DNA of 64,000 nt from Gammaproteobacteria bacterium (lineage in GTDB: Bacteria; Pseudomonadota; Gammaproteobacteria; Steroidobacterales; Rariloculaceae): positions 18,368 through 82,367 of the forward strand of contig DASWKF010000085.1 in assembly GCA_036396795.1 (NCBI GenBank), given 5' to 3'. Shown here piece by piece: positions 26,920 to 42,240 of this stretch. How positions within the stretch are numbered: position 1 is the first letter of the stretch; each line of letters starts with the position of its first letter. Made by a program: the position numbers and the translations under genes. The notes below the pieces were generated by a model. The model saw only the letters and a program-made list of their open reading frames with translations, ran no database searches and was not told where the DNA came from.

Positions 26920-27135
26920 ATGCCGGGCGTTCGAGTTAGAGAAAGCGAGCACTTCGATGCCGCATTGCGGCGCTTCAAACGCGCCTGCGAGAAGGCCGGC
27001 GTGCTCACCGAGCTGCGTCGCCGCGAATTCTACGAGAAACCGACGCAAGAGCGAAAGCGCAAGAAGGCCGCCGCCGTGAAACGCCACCTCAAACGCAATT
27101 CGAAGCTGGCTTCGCGACGCAAGCGTCTCTACTGA
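26920..27135 (+). CDS. rpsU: 30S ribosomal protein S21
   Basis: [42 protein letters not shown], 71 aa. Confidence 0.97.
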   Translation: MPGVRVRESEHFDAALRRFKRACEKAGVLTELRRREFYEKPTQERKRKKAAAVKRHLKRNSKLASRRKRLY

Positions 27136-27161
27136 CACGGTTCTCTGCGGGGCCACGCTGA

Positions 27162-27623
27162 ATGGCAACCACCGACTCCGTCAAGGCACGCCTGCAAGAG
27201 GACGTCAAGGCTGCGCTCAAATCCGGGGACAAGGCGCGCCTCGGCGTATTGCGCATGGCCATGGCGGCGATCAAGCAGCGCGAGGTCGACACTCGAGAGA
27301 CGCTCGACGATACCGGTGTGCTCGCGATCCTCGACAAGATGGTCAAGCAACGTCAAGACTCCGTCGCGCAGTTCGAGCGCGGCGGACGCAACGACCTGGT
27401 CGCGAAGGAAACGGCCGAGATCGAGGTCATTCGCAGCTATCTTCCCAAGCCACTCGATGAAGCGGCGATGGCCTCGTTGGTCGAGGACGCGATAGCCGCG
27501 ACGGCGGCCGCCGCGCCCGGCGACATGGGGCGGGTCATGGCCGAGATCAAGAAGCGCGCGGCCGGCAGCGTCGACATGGGGGAAATCGGCCGCCTCGTCC
27601 GAGCGAGGCTCAGCGCGCGCTAG
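27162..27623 (+). CDS. yqeY: GatB/YqeY domain protein
   Basis: 153 aa, LQEDVKAALKSGDKARLGVLRMAMAAIKQRE, a typical YqeY. It is conserved between rpsU and dnaG. Confidence 0.85.
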   Translation: MATTDSVKARLQEDVKAALKSGDKARLGVLRMAMAAIKQREVDTRETLDDTGVLAILDKMVKQRQDSVAQFERGGRNDLVAKETAEIEVIRSYLPKPLDEAAMASLVEDAIAATAAAAPGDMGRVMAEIKKRAAGSVDMGEIGRLVRARLSAR

Positions 27624-27677
27624 AGCCTTCGCAGCCTCGGGTCCGGCTCGGCGTGCTGCGCTGCTATGCTAGCCCTT

Positions 27678-29420
27678 ATGCGGATACCGCAAGACTTCAT
27701 CGACGATCTCATTGCACGCGCCGATATCGTTGAGGTCGTCGGCAGCCGCGTGTCGCTCAAGCAGGCGGGGCGAGAGTACAAAGCGGTCTGCCCCTTCCAC
27801 GCCGAGAAAACGCCCTCGTTCACGGTCAGCCCCGGCAAGGGCTTCTATCATTGCTTCGGTTGCGGCGCCCACGGCACGGCTTTGGGCTTTCTCATGGAAT
27901 ACGACAAGCTCGAGTTCCCCGAGGCCGTGGAGGCGCTCGCCGAGATGCTCGGCGTCGAGGTGCCGCGCGTGGAGACGGGCACGGATGCGAATCCCACCGC
28001 GGAGCTCTACGGCGTCTTGCAGGAAGCCGACCGGCTCTATCGGCGAAACCTGCGCATAAGCCCGGTGGCGATCGAATATTTGAAGCTCCGCGGCATCGAC
28101 GGGGCCACCGCCGCGCGTTATGGCATGGGTTATGCCACCGACGCCTGGGACGCATTGCTCAAATCCCTCGGGGGCGACGACAAGCGCATCGCTTTGCTTC
28201 GCGCTGCCGGGCTCGTGATTCGCAACGACCAAGGCCGCCAGTACGACCGTTTTCGCCATCGCATCATGTTCCCCATCCGCGATACCCGCGGCCGGGTCAT
28301 CGGCTTCGGCGGACGGGTGCTCGATGCGACCGAGCCCAAGTATCTGAACTCGCCAGAGACCCCGGTGTTTCACAAAGGCAAGGCGCTCTATGGCCTCTAT
28401 GAGGCCATCCAGTCCCGCGGCCGGCTCGAGCAGATCGTCGTCGTCGAGGGCTATCTCGACGTCGCGAGCCTCGCGCAACACGGCATCGACTCGAGCGTCG
28501 CCACATTGGGCACGGCGACGACGTCCAAGCACTTGAGTATCCTAACGCGGCTCGCCGACGTCATCGTTTTTTGCTTCGACGGCGATCGCGCCGGCCGAGC
28601 CGCAGCTTGGAGCGCGCTCGAGACGGCGCTGCCGATGGCCGGCGGTCGCAAGCAGATCAAGTTCCTGTTGCTACCCGAAGGTCACGATCCGGATACGCTG
28701 GTGCGCGAGCGCGGCGCGGAGCCGTTTGGAGCGCTGTTGGCGCGGGCGCAGTCGTTATCGGAGTTTCTCGTAGAGCAGCTTGCGCAACGCGTGAACCTCG
28801 CCAACGCCGACGGCAGCTCGCGGCTTGCGGCCATCGTCAAACCGCTGCTCGCCAGAGTGCGTGACGGGCTCTATCGCCAGAAGCTGCTCGAGCAGGTCGC
28901 CGCGCGGATCGGCACTTCGATCGAGCAGCTCGAGGCCAGCCTTGCCGCGACCCCGGCTCCGGGCAGGCAGGACCAAGGCGGCCGGGTCGACCCGGCGTTG
29001 CCTCTTCCGGCTCAAATGAGCCTCATCGGCAAGGCCCTGACGCTGGCGCTGCACCACCCCGGCGCGGCGGCGCAGCTCGGGGTCGTCGCGGGTCTCGAGG
29101 CCGTGTCCCGGCCGGGCGCCTCGCTGTTGCGCCGGGTCCTTGAAGTCGCGGCCGACCGGCCCCAAATGGTTACGGCAGGCCTTCTGGAGCGGTTTCGCGA
29201 TAGCCCCGAGGGAGATTTCCTCAACCGGCTTGCGGCGAGCCCGTCTCTGGATGAACCGGAGCAGGCCTCGGCGGTCCTACGAGATTGCGCGGCGCGCATC
29301 GTCGAGGCCCATCGCCGGGAGCGCCTGAGCGCGCTTATCGAGCGTGGCCCGGCTTTGACCGACGAGGAGAAGGCCGAGGCCAGCGCCCTGCAGCGAGCGG
29401 CCCGCGGCCCGGCCGCCTGA
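27678..29420 (+). CDS. dnaG: DNA primase
   Basis: MRIPQDFIDDLIARADIVEVV, zinc ribbon CPFHAEKTPSFTVSPGKGFYHCFGCGAHG, Toprim EGYLDV. An alternative start is ATG 27666. Confidence 0.95.
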   Translation: MRIPQDFIDDLIARADIVEVVGSRVSLKQAGREYKAVCPFHAEKTPSFTVSPGKGFYHCFGCGAHGTALGFLMEYDKLEFPEAVEALAEMLGVEVPRVETGTDANPTAELYGVLQEADRLYRRNLRISPVAIEYLKLRGIDGATAARYGMGYATDAWDALLKSLGGDDKRIALLRAAGLVIRNDQGRQYDRFRHRIMFPIRDTRGRVIGFGGRVLDATEPKYLNSPETPVFHKGKALYGLYEAIQSRGRLEQIVVVEGYLDVASLAQHGIDSSVATLGTATTSKHLSILTRLADVIVFCFDGDRAGRAAAWSALETALPMAGGRKQIKFLLLPEGHDPDTLVRERGAEPFGALLARAQSLSEFLVEQLAQRVNLANADGSSRLAAIVKPLLARVRDGLYRQKLLEQVAARIGTSIEQLEASLAATPAPGRQDQGGRVDPALPLPAQMSLIGKALTLALHHPGAAAQLGVVAGLEAVSRPGASLLRRVLEVAADRPQMVTAGLLERFRDSPEGDFLNRLAASPSLDEPEQASAVLRDCAARIVEAHRRERLSALIERGPALTDEEKAEASALQRAARGPAA

Positions 29421-29519
29421 GACCCGCTCGCTTTGAGCAGCCTGACCTAGCCCATCCCTGGACTTTGGGCTATGATGGCTGGTTTGTTTGGGTCCGCCAG
29501 CGCCAGGAAACCGAGCACG

Positions 29520-31343
<1,824 letters not shown>

Positions 31344-31363
31344 ACCGCCAGACGCCCACTTAA

Positions 31364-31400
31364 GGCCGCGTCGAGCAAGGTGCTCGACGCGGCCTTTTTT
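31364..31400 (+). terminator. rho-independent terminator of rpoD
   Basis: GGCCGCGTCGAGCA-AGG-TGCTCGACGCGGCC (14-bp perfect stem) followed by TTTTTT. Confidence 0.9.
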
Positions 31401-31430
31401 CCTGCATCGAGTGCTACCATAGCGGCGCCA

Positions 31431-31742
31431 GGGCCCGTAGCTCAGTTGGTTAGAGCAGGGGACTCATCTATTCAAGGTGCCTCCGCGTCGAAAGACCCGG
31501 AGTGGACGGGATGAATTCAGGGAAACCGTAGCGGCTGAGCCGGCAACCCTGAGCCAAGCCGGCGGTACACCGCCGGACGGTGCAGAGACTACCTGAGAGC
31601 TTCAGTGCTCTTAATGACAGGCTTAGAGCGTCCCGCACCCGAGCAGCCCGTGATTGTGGGTGAAGAGATAGTCCGCGCCCCCGGAAACGGCGGGAACCAG
31701 CGAATCCCTTGGTCGTAGGTTCGAGTCCTACCGGGCCCACCA
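31431..31742 (+). tRNA. ileX: intron-containing tRNA with CAU anticodon, most likely tRNA-Ile2 (lysidine-modified); exons 31431-31467 and 31703-31742
   Basis: The joined exons give a canonical cloverleaf: GGGCCCG TA GCTC AGTTGGTTA GAGC A GGGGA CTCATAA TCCCT TGGTC GTAGG TTCGAGT CCTAC CGGGCCC A CCA. G1-C72 excludes an initiator. C4-G69 and C5-G68 match the remembered TilS determinants of E. coli ileX and differ from elongator tRNA-Met. Confidence 0.85.
31468..31702 (+). ncRNA. group I self-splicing intron (IC3-like) in the tRNA anticodon loop, no ORF
   Basis: Core elements: P GAATTCAGGGAAACC (31513-27), Q AACCCTGAGCC (31545-55), R GTGCAGAGACTAC (31580-92), S AAGAGATAGTCC (31663-74). The guide GTG (31477-79) pairs with exon CAU. 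The terminal G is at 31702. GAAA-capped hairpins occupy the P2 and P9 positions. Confidence 0.85.
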
Positions 31743-31806
31743 TCGCCGTCCGCTGCGGCGCGGACGCTGTCGCGAGCGGGTCGACGCCGACGAGAGTGAG
31801 CCGAGC

Positions 31807-36094
<4,288 letters not shown>

Positions 36095-36167
36095 TCCTCC
36101 GCGGCCAGGCCCGGCGCTGACGGCGGCGGCCGCTGCCGCGCCGTAACAAGGCACTGCTTCAGTATCT

Positions 36168-37649
36168 ATGAACAATTGGCGACTTCTCGAGGTCCTCGCC
36201 GCGCATTGGCTCGGTCTCATGCTGCTCGGCGCGCCAGCGCAGGCCGAGCTGCTGCAACCCGGCGATGCAAGATTGCGCCACGACATTCAGTTGCTCGCGG
36301 ACGCCGGCATCATCGATGCGCCCGTCACGGGTTGGCCGCTGTTTCTCACCGGAGTACGGATGGACCGCGCGGACCGCGACGGCCTGGATCCGGCGATGCT
36401 GGCCGCGCTGAACCGCATCTTTCCTGCTCGAGAGCCGCATGAGTCCGTGCGCCTGCAAGTGTTCGTGGGCGCCGGCGATCAGCCCCAAGGCTTGCGCGAT
36501 TTCAACGACGTGCTGCGGGAAGAAGGCAAGCTCGGGGCGCGGTTCGCCTGGGAGGGCGGGCGCTTCGCCCTCGATCTTCAAGCCTCCTGGGTGTCCGATC
36601 CCGCCGATGGCCGGGAATCCCGGCTCGACGGCTCCTATGCCGGCGTTGCGCTCGGCAACTGGTTCGTCGCCGCGAGCGCTACCGAGCGCTGGTGGAGCCC
36701 GGGCTGGGAAAGCAGCCTGGCACTATCGAACAATGCCCGTCCGATCCCTGCGATCAGCGTGCAGCGCCGTGAAGCCCGGCCGACGTCGATCCGCTGGCTG
36801 CGCTGGCTCGGACCTTGGACGACGCAGGTCATGATCGGCCAGCTCGAGTCCGAGCGCGACGTTCCGGACGCGCGTTTCTTCGGCTGGCGCTTCGGCTTTC
36901 GCCCGACGCCCAAGCTCGAGATCGGCCTGACTCGAACCGCGCAATGGTGCGGCGAAGGGCGTCCCTGCGACTTCGGCACCTTCGCCGATCTGTTGCTCGG
37001 CAAGGACAACCGCGGCCAGAACGTCTCCAGCGAAGAAGAGCCCGGCAACCAGCTCGCCGGCTGGGATCTGCGCTATTCTTTCAACGCCTTGAGCCGCCCC
37101 TGGGCGTTCTACACGCAGTGGATCGGCGAGGACGAGCAGAACGGCCTGCCGAGCGCGCACCTCGCCACGTTGGGGCTCGAGACCTGGCGCAGCCTGGAAT
37201 CCTTGGGCGGCAGCTACCGCGCGCATTTCGAGTACAGCGAGACGACCTGCAGCGCGATCACCGACAGCGATCCGAACTTCGGCTGCGCCTACAACCACGG
37301 CATTTACCGCGACGGCTACCGCTACCGCGGGCGCGCAATCGGCCACACGATCGACGGCGACGGCGTCATGGCCTCGCTCGGCGGCCTCTGGGTGACGGAA
37401 GCCGGGCACACCTGGCAACTGCAGCTGCGCCGCATCGAGATCAACCGCAGCGATCATCCCCGCAACAGCGTCTCGCCGGTGCGCCAGGAGCGTTACGGCC
37501 TGGAGTTTCTTCACGTGCATCGCTTCGCGGCCGGGGAGCTCACGCTCGGCTTGAGCGCCGAAAGCCGCGAGCTCGTGGTCGGCGGCGAAGAGAGCGACGA
37601 GACCCGCGCTTTCGTCGAGTGGCGCTGGCTCCTCAGCGGCGGCTACTGA
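36168..37649 (+). CDS. wzi: capsule assembly Wzi-family outer-membrane protein
   Basis: LQPGDARLRHDIQLLADAGIIDAPVTGWPL near the N-terminus is the characteristic Wzi motif as I recall it. 493 aa, beta-barrel-like composition. Confidence 0.7.
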   Translation: MNNWRLLEVLAAHWLGLMLLGAPAQAELLQPGDARLRHDIQLLADAGIIDAPVTGWPLFLTGVRMDRADRDGLDPAMLAALNRIFPAREPHESVRLQVFVGAGDQPQGLRDFNDVLREEGKLGARFAWEGGRFALDLQASWVSDPADGRESRLDGSYAGVALGNWFVAASATERWWSPGWESSLALSNNARPIPAISVQRREARPTSIRWLRWLGPWTTQVMIGQLESERDVPDARFFGWRFGFRPTPKLEIGLTRTAQWCGEGRPCDFGTFADLLLGKDNRGQNVSSEEEPGNQLAGWDLRYSFNALSRPWAFYTQWIGEDEQNGLPSAHLATLGLETWRSLESLGGSYRAHFEYSETTCSAITDSDPNFGCAYNHGIYRDGYRYRGRAIGHTIDGDGVMASLGGLWVTEAGHTWQLQLRRIEINRSDHPRNSVSPVRQERYGLEFLHVHRFAAGELTLGLSAESRELVVGGEESDETRAFVEWRWLLSGGY

Positions 37650-37793
37650 CAGTACCGGACCGTACGCGCGTCCGCCGGCATGGGGGCGTGACGGCGGGGA
37701 CATTGGTGCTCGAAGGAGTTTGCCCCTCGCCTGAGAGGGCCTACACCCTCGCTCCCGCGTCCCTTCGGCTGCAGTACCAGCGTTGGGGCCGGG

Positions 37794-40700
37794 TTACGCC
37801 GTCGTCGACAAACGCCGCCAGGGCCGGCGCGGCGCCGCCACCGCGTCGAGCTGCGCGTAAGCCTCGGCGCGCTCGGCAGGCCCGAGATCGACGAGGCATT
37901 CGCGGCGGCCGGCAACGCTGCTGACCACGGGCACGCCACCACGAAACACGACCCGATGCCCGTAGACCGAGGCCACCCGGCCGCCCGGAGTCAAGATTCC
38001 GGCGAGGTTCAAGGGGTCGGCCGCGGCCAGCACCACCCAATCGCGACCATCCCGATCCCGACGCGAGCGACGAAGCGCCGCCACGGCCTCGGCGAGCGCG
38101 AACTGCTCGCCCCCCAGCCCGGCGACGAAGCGGCCGCCGCGAATCTCGCCGCGCGCCTCCCAAGCCCGGTAGCAGGCCAGAAGCTGCCGCCAGCTCGGCA
38201 GGTGCTGCTCGCGCTCCAACGCTCGCCGGCAGACGACCCCGTAGCGGCGCAACAGGCTGCGTGCGGCATGCTCGATCGCAGCCGCGCCCGGGCTTTCGGC
38301 GTCTGCCGCGACCGGCACCAATGCCCAACGGCCCGCGGTATCGAGATCCGGCCCCCGCCGACGAGCGCGGCCGTGAAAGCCGCGTCTTCGGCTCGAGGGC
38401 GTCACCAGCGTCCGCAAGCCGCTGTAGGAATCGGAGGTGACTGCGCCATATGCGGCCAGCTCCCCCAGGGCCTCCTCGACTTGCACCCGCAGCATGCCGG
38501 TCAGCTGGACGAGCTCGAGGAAAAACGACGCACCCCGCTCGACGAGCGTGTCGGCGACGCGATGCGCGAGCGCGCTGAGCTCGGCCGCTCGCAACGCCCG
38601 CGGCCCGAGCAGCGGCAGCCAATGCACGAGCGTCTCCCGCGGCAGCACTGCGACCGGCGAAGCGCGCAGCATGCGTTTCGGCGACGATGCCTGCGGCGCG
38701 CGCGGGTGCAGCCACATGACCGCGCCACTCGCCGTAAGCTGATCCAGATACTCGGCCGCATAGTCGTCGAGCCGCGCCGGAAGGATCTCCTGCTCCCAGG
38801 CGATCGCCGGCAAGCCCAGGCCCTGCAACTCGTTGAGCACCGCCGCGGCCGCCTCGATTCCGCGCCTGCGGTGACGCCCGAGCCCCTGCCACTCGAACAG
38901 AAACTGCTGATACTCGGCCACGCTGACCGGCTCGATCTCGCGGCGCAGCCGCGTCAGGGTCTTGCGGTGAATGCGGGCGAGCAGGCCGCGCTCGCACCAT
39001 TCGGGATCGTCGCGGTCGCCGCCGCCTTGAGGAGACGCGAAGCGGCCGCGCATTGCGTAACCTTCGGTCTCCAACGCCGCCAGCGCCAGGTTCGCCGCAG
39101 TGTCCGCGACGCCCAGCGCCGCCGCCAGCGCCACGGCCGTGACGGGTCCGAGGGCCGCGAGGCGGCCGCGCAGGAGCTCGCGTACGGCGCCCTCGGCGTC
39201 GGTCACCTCGGTAGGGAGCACCACCGGCTGCGGCTCGGCAACGGCTGTAGGATGCACGAGCCTGAGCTCCGCGTAGCGTTCCGCCGCGACCCAGAGCACG
39301 GCGCCGGCCGGCGTGCGCAGGCGCACCGCGCGACCCTCGGCGGCGAGCTCCTCGTACCAGCTCGACCAGCTCCGCAGCACGCCGTCGGTGGCGTGGCCGT
39401 AGCGGCCTTCCGGCTCGGTAACGAAGCCGAGGCCGGTCAGCGCATCGTGGAGCTCGTGACGGTCACGCGGCGCGGGCCAGGCCTCCGCGCGCACGGCTTC
39501 AATCGCGAGCGGGTCCAGCCGGCCCAGCTCCGAGGCCTGCTCGACGCTCAAGTAGCGACGTGCCTCGACCGCCAAGGTGCGGCGCTCTTCCGCGGGCGCA
39601 TCGTCGAGGAAGGCATACGGTTTCGCGCAGAGCACTTCCTGCGCCAGCGGCGACGGGCTCGTCAACTCGCGGCAATGAATCCGAATCCGGCCGTCCTCGA
39701 TGCCGCCGATCAGCCGCTCGAGCCCCTCGACGTCCATGACGCCGTACAAGCAGTCGCGCATGGTCTGTTGCACCAACGGGTGCTCGGGAATCTCTCGCTC
39801 CCCAGGAAGGTTCTCCGCGCAGGCGAGCTGATCGGGGAACACCGTCGCCAGCAGGTCCTCGGCGTCGGCGCGCTGGAAAGTCGCCGGGGCGCGCTTGCCG
39901 TTGCGAAAGCGCCTCACGCCCAGCGCGATGGATGCGTTCCAGCGCCAATGACCTGGAAACACGGGCGCCGCCAGCACCGCCTGCTCGAGCACGCCGCGAA
40001 GCGTGCGGCTCGAAAGATAGGCCGCGACCTCCTCGAGCGGAAAGCTGTGTACTGCGCCGAGCGAGATGACGATCGCGTCTTCGAGCGCGGCCGCCTGCAG
40101 CTCGAAGTTGAAGCGCCGGCAAAAGCGCTTGCGCAGAGCGAGGCCCCAGGCGCGATTGAGCCGCGAGCCGTAGGGTGAATGGATCACCAGGTGGGCGTCG
40201 CCGGTCTCGTCGAAGAAGCGCTCGAATATCAGCTCTCCGGCCGTCGGCAGGCGCCCGAGCGCGGCGCGCGCGCCGGCGAGATAGTCGACGAATTGCTGCG
40301 CGGCGCTCGCCGACAGCTTAAGCTCGGTCTGGAGCTTCTCGGCCACAGCCCGCGGCTCCGTCACGCTCAGCGCCGTATCGAGTGTCTCGCGCAACCGAGC
40401 GACGGCCGCCGACAGCTCGTCCGAGCGGCCCGGCGCCTCGCCGAACCAGAACGGGATCGTCGGCGGCTGCCCCTTGGCGTCCTTGACATAGACCTTGCCG
40501 GGCTCGATCCGAGCGATCCGGTAGGACGCATTGCCGAGCTGAAAAATGTCTCCGGGCAGGCTCTCGAAGGCGAAGTCCTCGTTGAGCGTGCCGACGAAGA
40601 GCTCGTTGGGAACCAGAACGACGTCGTAGTCGAACTGATCGGGTATCGCACCGCCGTTGGTCACCGCCGTCAAGCGGGCATTCCTGCGCGGGCGGAGCAC

Positions 40701-42122
40701 GTCGTTGACGCGGTCGAGATGCAAGTACGCGCCGCGTCGCCCGCGCTGCGTGCTGTAGCCCTCGGCGAGCATCTTCACCACGGCGCGAAAATCTTTGTCG
40801 GAAAGATCCGCGTAAGGCGCGCTGCGGAGCACGCTGCGATAGAGCACGCCGACCTCGACGGCCTCTCGCATGCTGACCTCGGCGACGATCTGCTGCGCCA
40901 GCACGTCGAGCGGCTGCCGGCAGAGCTCGACGCTCTCGAGCTCACCCGCATCGACGCTCTTTAACAGCGCCACCGCCTCGACGAGCTCGTCCCGCGACAG
41001 CGGGAACAGCCGCCCTTTCGGCAGGCGATCGATGCCGTGCCCGGATCGCCCGACTCGCTGAATGAAGACGCTCATCGCACGCGGCGACCCGAGCTGGCAA
41101 ACGAGATCGACGTCGCCGATGTCGATGCCGAGCTCCAGCGACGCCGTCGCCACGAGCGCCTTGAGGCGTCCCGCCTTGAGCGCCTCCTCGGCCTTCAAGC
41201 GGTGCTCCTTGGCGAGACTGCCGTGGTGCGCCGTGACCCGGTCCGGCCCGCAACGATCGGCGAGATGCCTCGCGACGCGCTCGGCCATGCGGCGCGTGTT
41301 GACGAAGATCAGTGTCGTTCGATGGGCGGCGACGAGCTCCGCCAATCGGTCATAGATCTCGACCCAGACCTCGTTCGCCATCACCGCCTCGAGCGGCGAC
41401 GACGGCAGCTCGATCGCAAGATCGCGGTCGCGCCGGTGGCCGGCATCTATGATGCGGCAGTCCGCAGCCTCCGTGCCGACCAGGAACCGCGCCATCAGCT
41501 CGATCGGCTTGATCGTCGCCGAAATGCCGACGCGCGTCGGCGGCCGCTCGCAGAGATCGCCGAGCCGCTCCAAGGACAGCGCCAGATGCGCGCCTCGCTT
41601 GTTCGTCGCGACCGCATGAATCTCGTCGACGATCACGGTCGCGACACTGCGCAGCATCTCGCGGCCGGAGACCGACGTGAGCAGAATGTACAAGGACTCG
41701 GGCGTCGTTACGAGGATGTGCGGCGGGCGATTGCGCATGCGCGCGCGTTCGCTCTGCGGCGTGTCGCCCGTGCGCAGCCAGGCGCGTATCGGCGCATCGG
41801 GATAACCGCCTTCGAGAAGCTGATCGCGAATCCCCGCCAACGGCAGCTGTAGATTCTTCTGGACATCGTTCGACAGGGCCTTCAGCGGCGATACATAGAG
41901 CACGCGAGTCCGATCGTCGAGGCCGCGCTCCACGGACTCCTTGACGAGACCGTCGATCACTGCGAGAAACGCCGCCAGGGTCTTGCCCGAGCCCGTAGGC
42001 GCCGAGATCAGCGTGTCGCTGCCCTCGGCAACGGCCGCCCAGGCTTGTTTCTGCACTTCGGTCGCGGCCTCGAACTGTCGTTCGAACCAAGCCGCCACGG
42101 CGGGATGAAAGCTTGCGCTCAT
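37794..42122 (-). CDS. lhr: Lhr-type large ATP-dependent helicase (DEAD/DEAH box)
   Basis: From ATG 42122: motif I SAPTGSGKT, motif II VIVDEIH, SAT, helicase C (LELGIDIGDVDLV, QRVGRSGH), and a long Lhr-like C-terminal extension. About 1442 aa. Confidence 0.88.
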   Translation of the reverse strand: MSASFHPAVAAWFERQFEAATEVQKQAWAAVAEGSDTLISAPTGSGKTLAAFLAVIDGLVKESVERGLDDRTRVLYVSPLKALSNDVQKNLQLPLAGIRDQLLEGGYPDAPIRAWLRTGDTPQSERARMRNRPPHILVTTPESLYILLTSVSGREMLRSVATVIVDEIHAVATNKRGAHLALSLERLGDLCERPPTRVGISATIKPIELMARFLVGTEAADCRIIDAGHRRDRDLAIELPSSPLEAVMANEVWVEIYDRLAELVAAHRTTLIFVNTRRMAERVARHLADRCGPDRVTAHHGSLAKEHRLKAEEALKAGRLKALVATASLELGIDIGDVDLVCQLGSPRAMSVFIQRVGRSGHGIDRLPKGRLFPLSRDELVEAVALLKSVDAGELESVELCRQPLDVLAQQIVAEVSMREAVEVGVLYRSVLRSAPYADLSDKDFRAVVKMLAEGYSTQRGRRGAYLHLDRVNDVLRPRRNARLTAVTNGGAIPDQFDYDVVLVPNELFVGTLNEDFAFESLPGDIFQLGNASYRIARIEPGKVYVKDAKGQPPTIPFWFGEAPGRSDELSAAVARLRETLDTALSVTEPRAVAEKLQTELKLSASAAQQFVDYLAGARAALGRLPTAGELIFERFFDETGDAHLVIHSPYGSRLNRAWGLALRKRFCRRFNFELQAAALEDAIVISLGAVHSFPLEEVAAYLSSRTLRGVLEQAVLAAPVFPGHWRWNASIALGVRRFRNGKRAPATFQRADAEDLLATVFPDQLACAENLPGEREIPEHPLVQQTMRDCLYGVMDVEGLERLIGGIEDGRIRIHCRELTSPSPLAQEVLCAKPYAFLDDAPAEERRTLAVEARRYLSVEQASELGRLDPLAIEAVRAEAWPAPRDRHELHDALTGLGFVTEPEGRYGHATDGVLRSWSSWYEELAAEGRAVRLRTPAGAVLWVAAERYAELRLVHPTAVAEPQPVVLPTEVTDAEGAVRELLRGRLAALGPVTAVALAAALGVADTAANLALAALETEGYAMRGRFASPQGGGDRDDPEWCERGLLARIHRKTLTRLRREIEPVSVAEYQQFLFEWQGLGRHRRRGIEAAAAVLNELQGLGLPAIAWEQEILPARLDDYAAEYLDQLTASGAVMWLHPRAPQASSPKRMLRASPVAVLPRETLVHWLPLLGPRALRAAELSALAHRVADTLVERGASFFLELVQLTGMLRVQVEEALGELAAYGAVTSDSYSGLRTLVTPSSRRRGFHGRARRRGPDLDTAGRWALVPVAADAESPGAAAIEHAARSLLRRYGVVCRRALEREQHLPSWRQLLACYRAWEARGEIRGGRFVAGLGGEQFALAEAVAALRRSRRDRDGRDWVVLAAADPLNLAGILTPGGRVASVYGHRVVFRGGVPVVSSVAGRRECLVDLGPAERAEAYAQLDAVAAPRRPWRRLSTTA

Positions 42123-42240
42123 GGACGGAGCATACGCAAAAACAGTCATAACGCCAGCAGCCTCCGCCATACGGAATACTGAGGTAGGTTCCGGCCGCCG
42201 GCGCCGTATAATCGGGCCATTTTTGAGGCCGGGCGCAATC

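Noticed and set aside
37956-40178. Very long antisense or out-of-frame ORFs in the track. Examples: 37956-40178 (+, 740 aa), 41350-43989 (-, 879 aa), 4210-5379 (-), 5449-7086 (-), 36723-37703 (-) and 44349-45497 (-).
   Set aside because: They lie opposite or out of frame to genes with unmistakable family signatures. Their products are Arg/Ala/Gly/Pro-rich low-complexity strings, which is typical of stop-codon-poor frames in high-GC DNA. None shows a recognisable motif.
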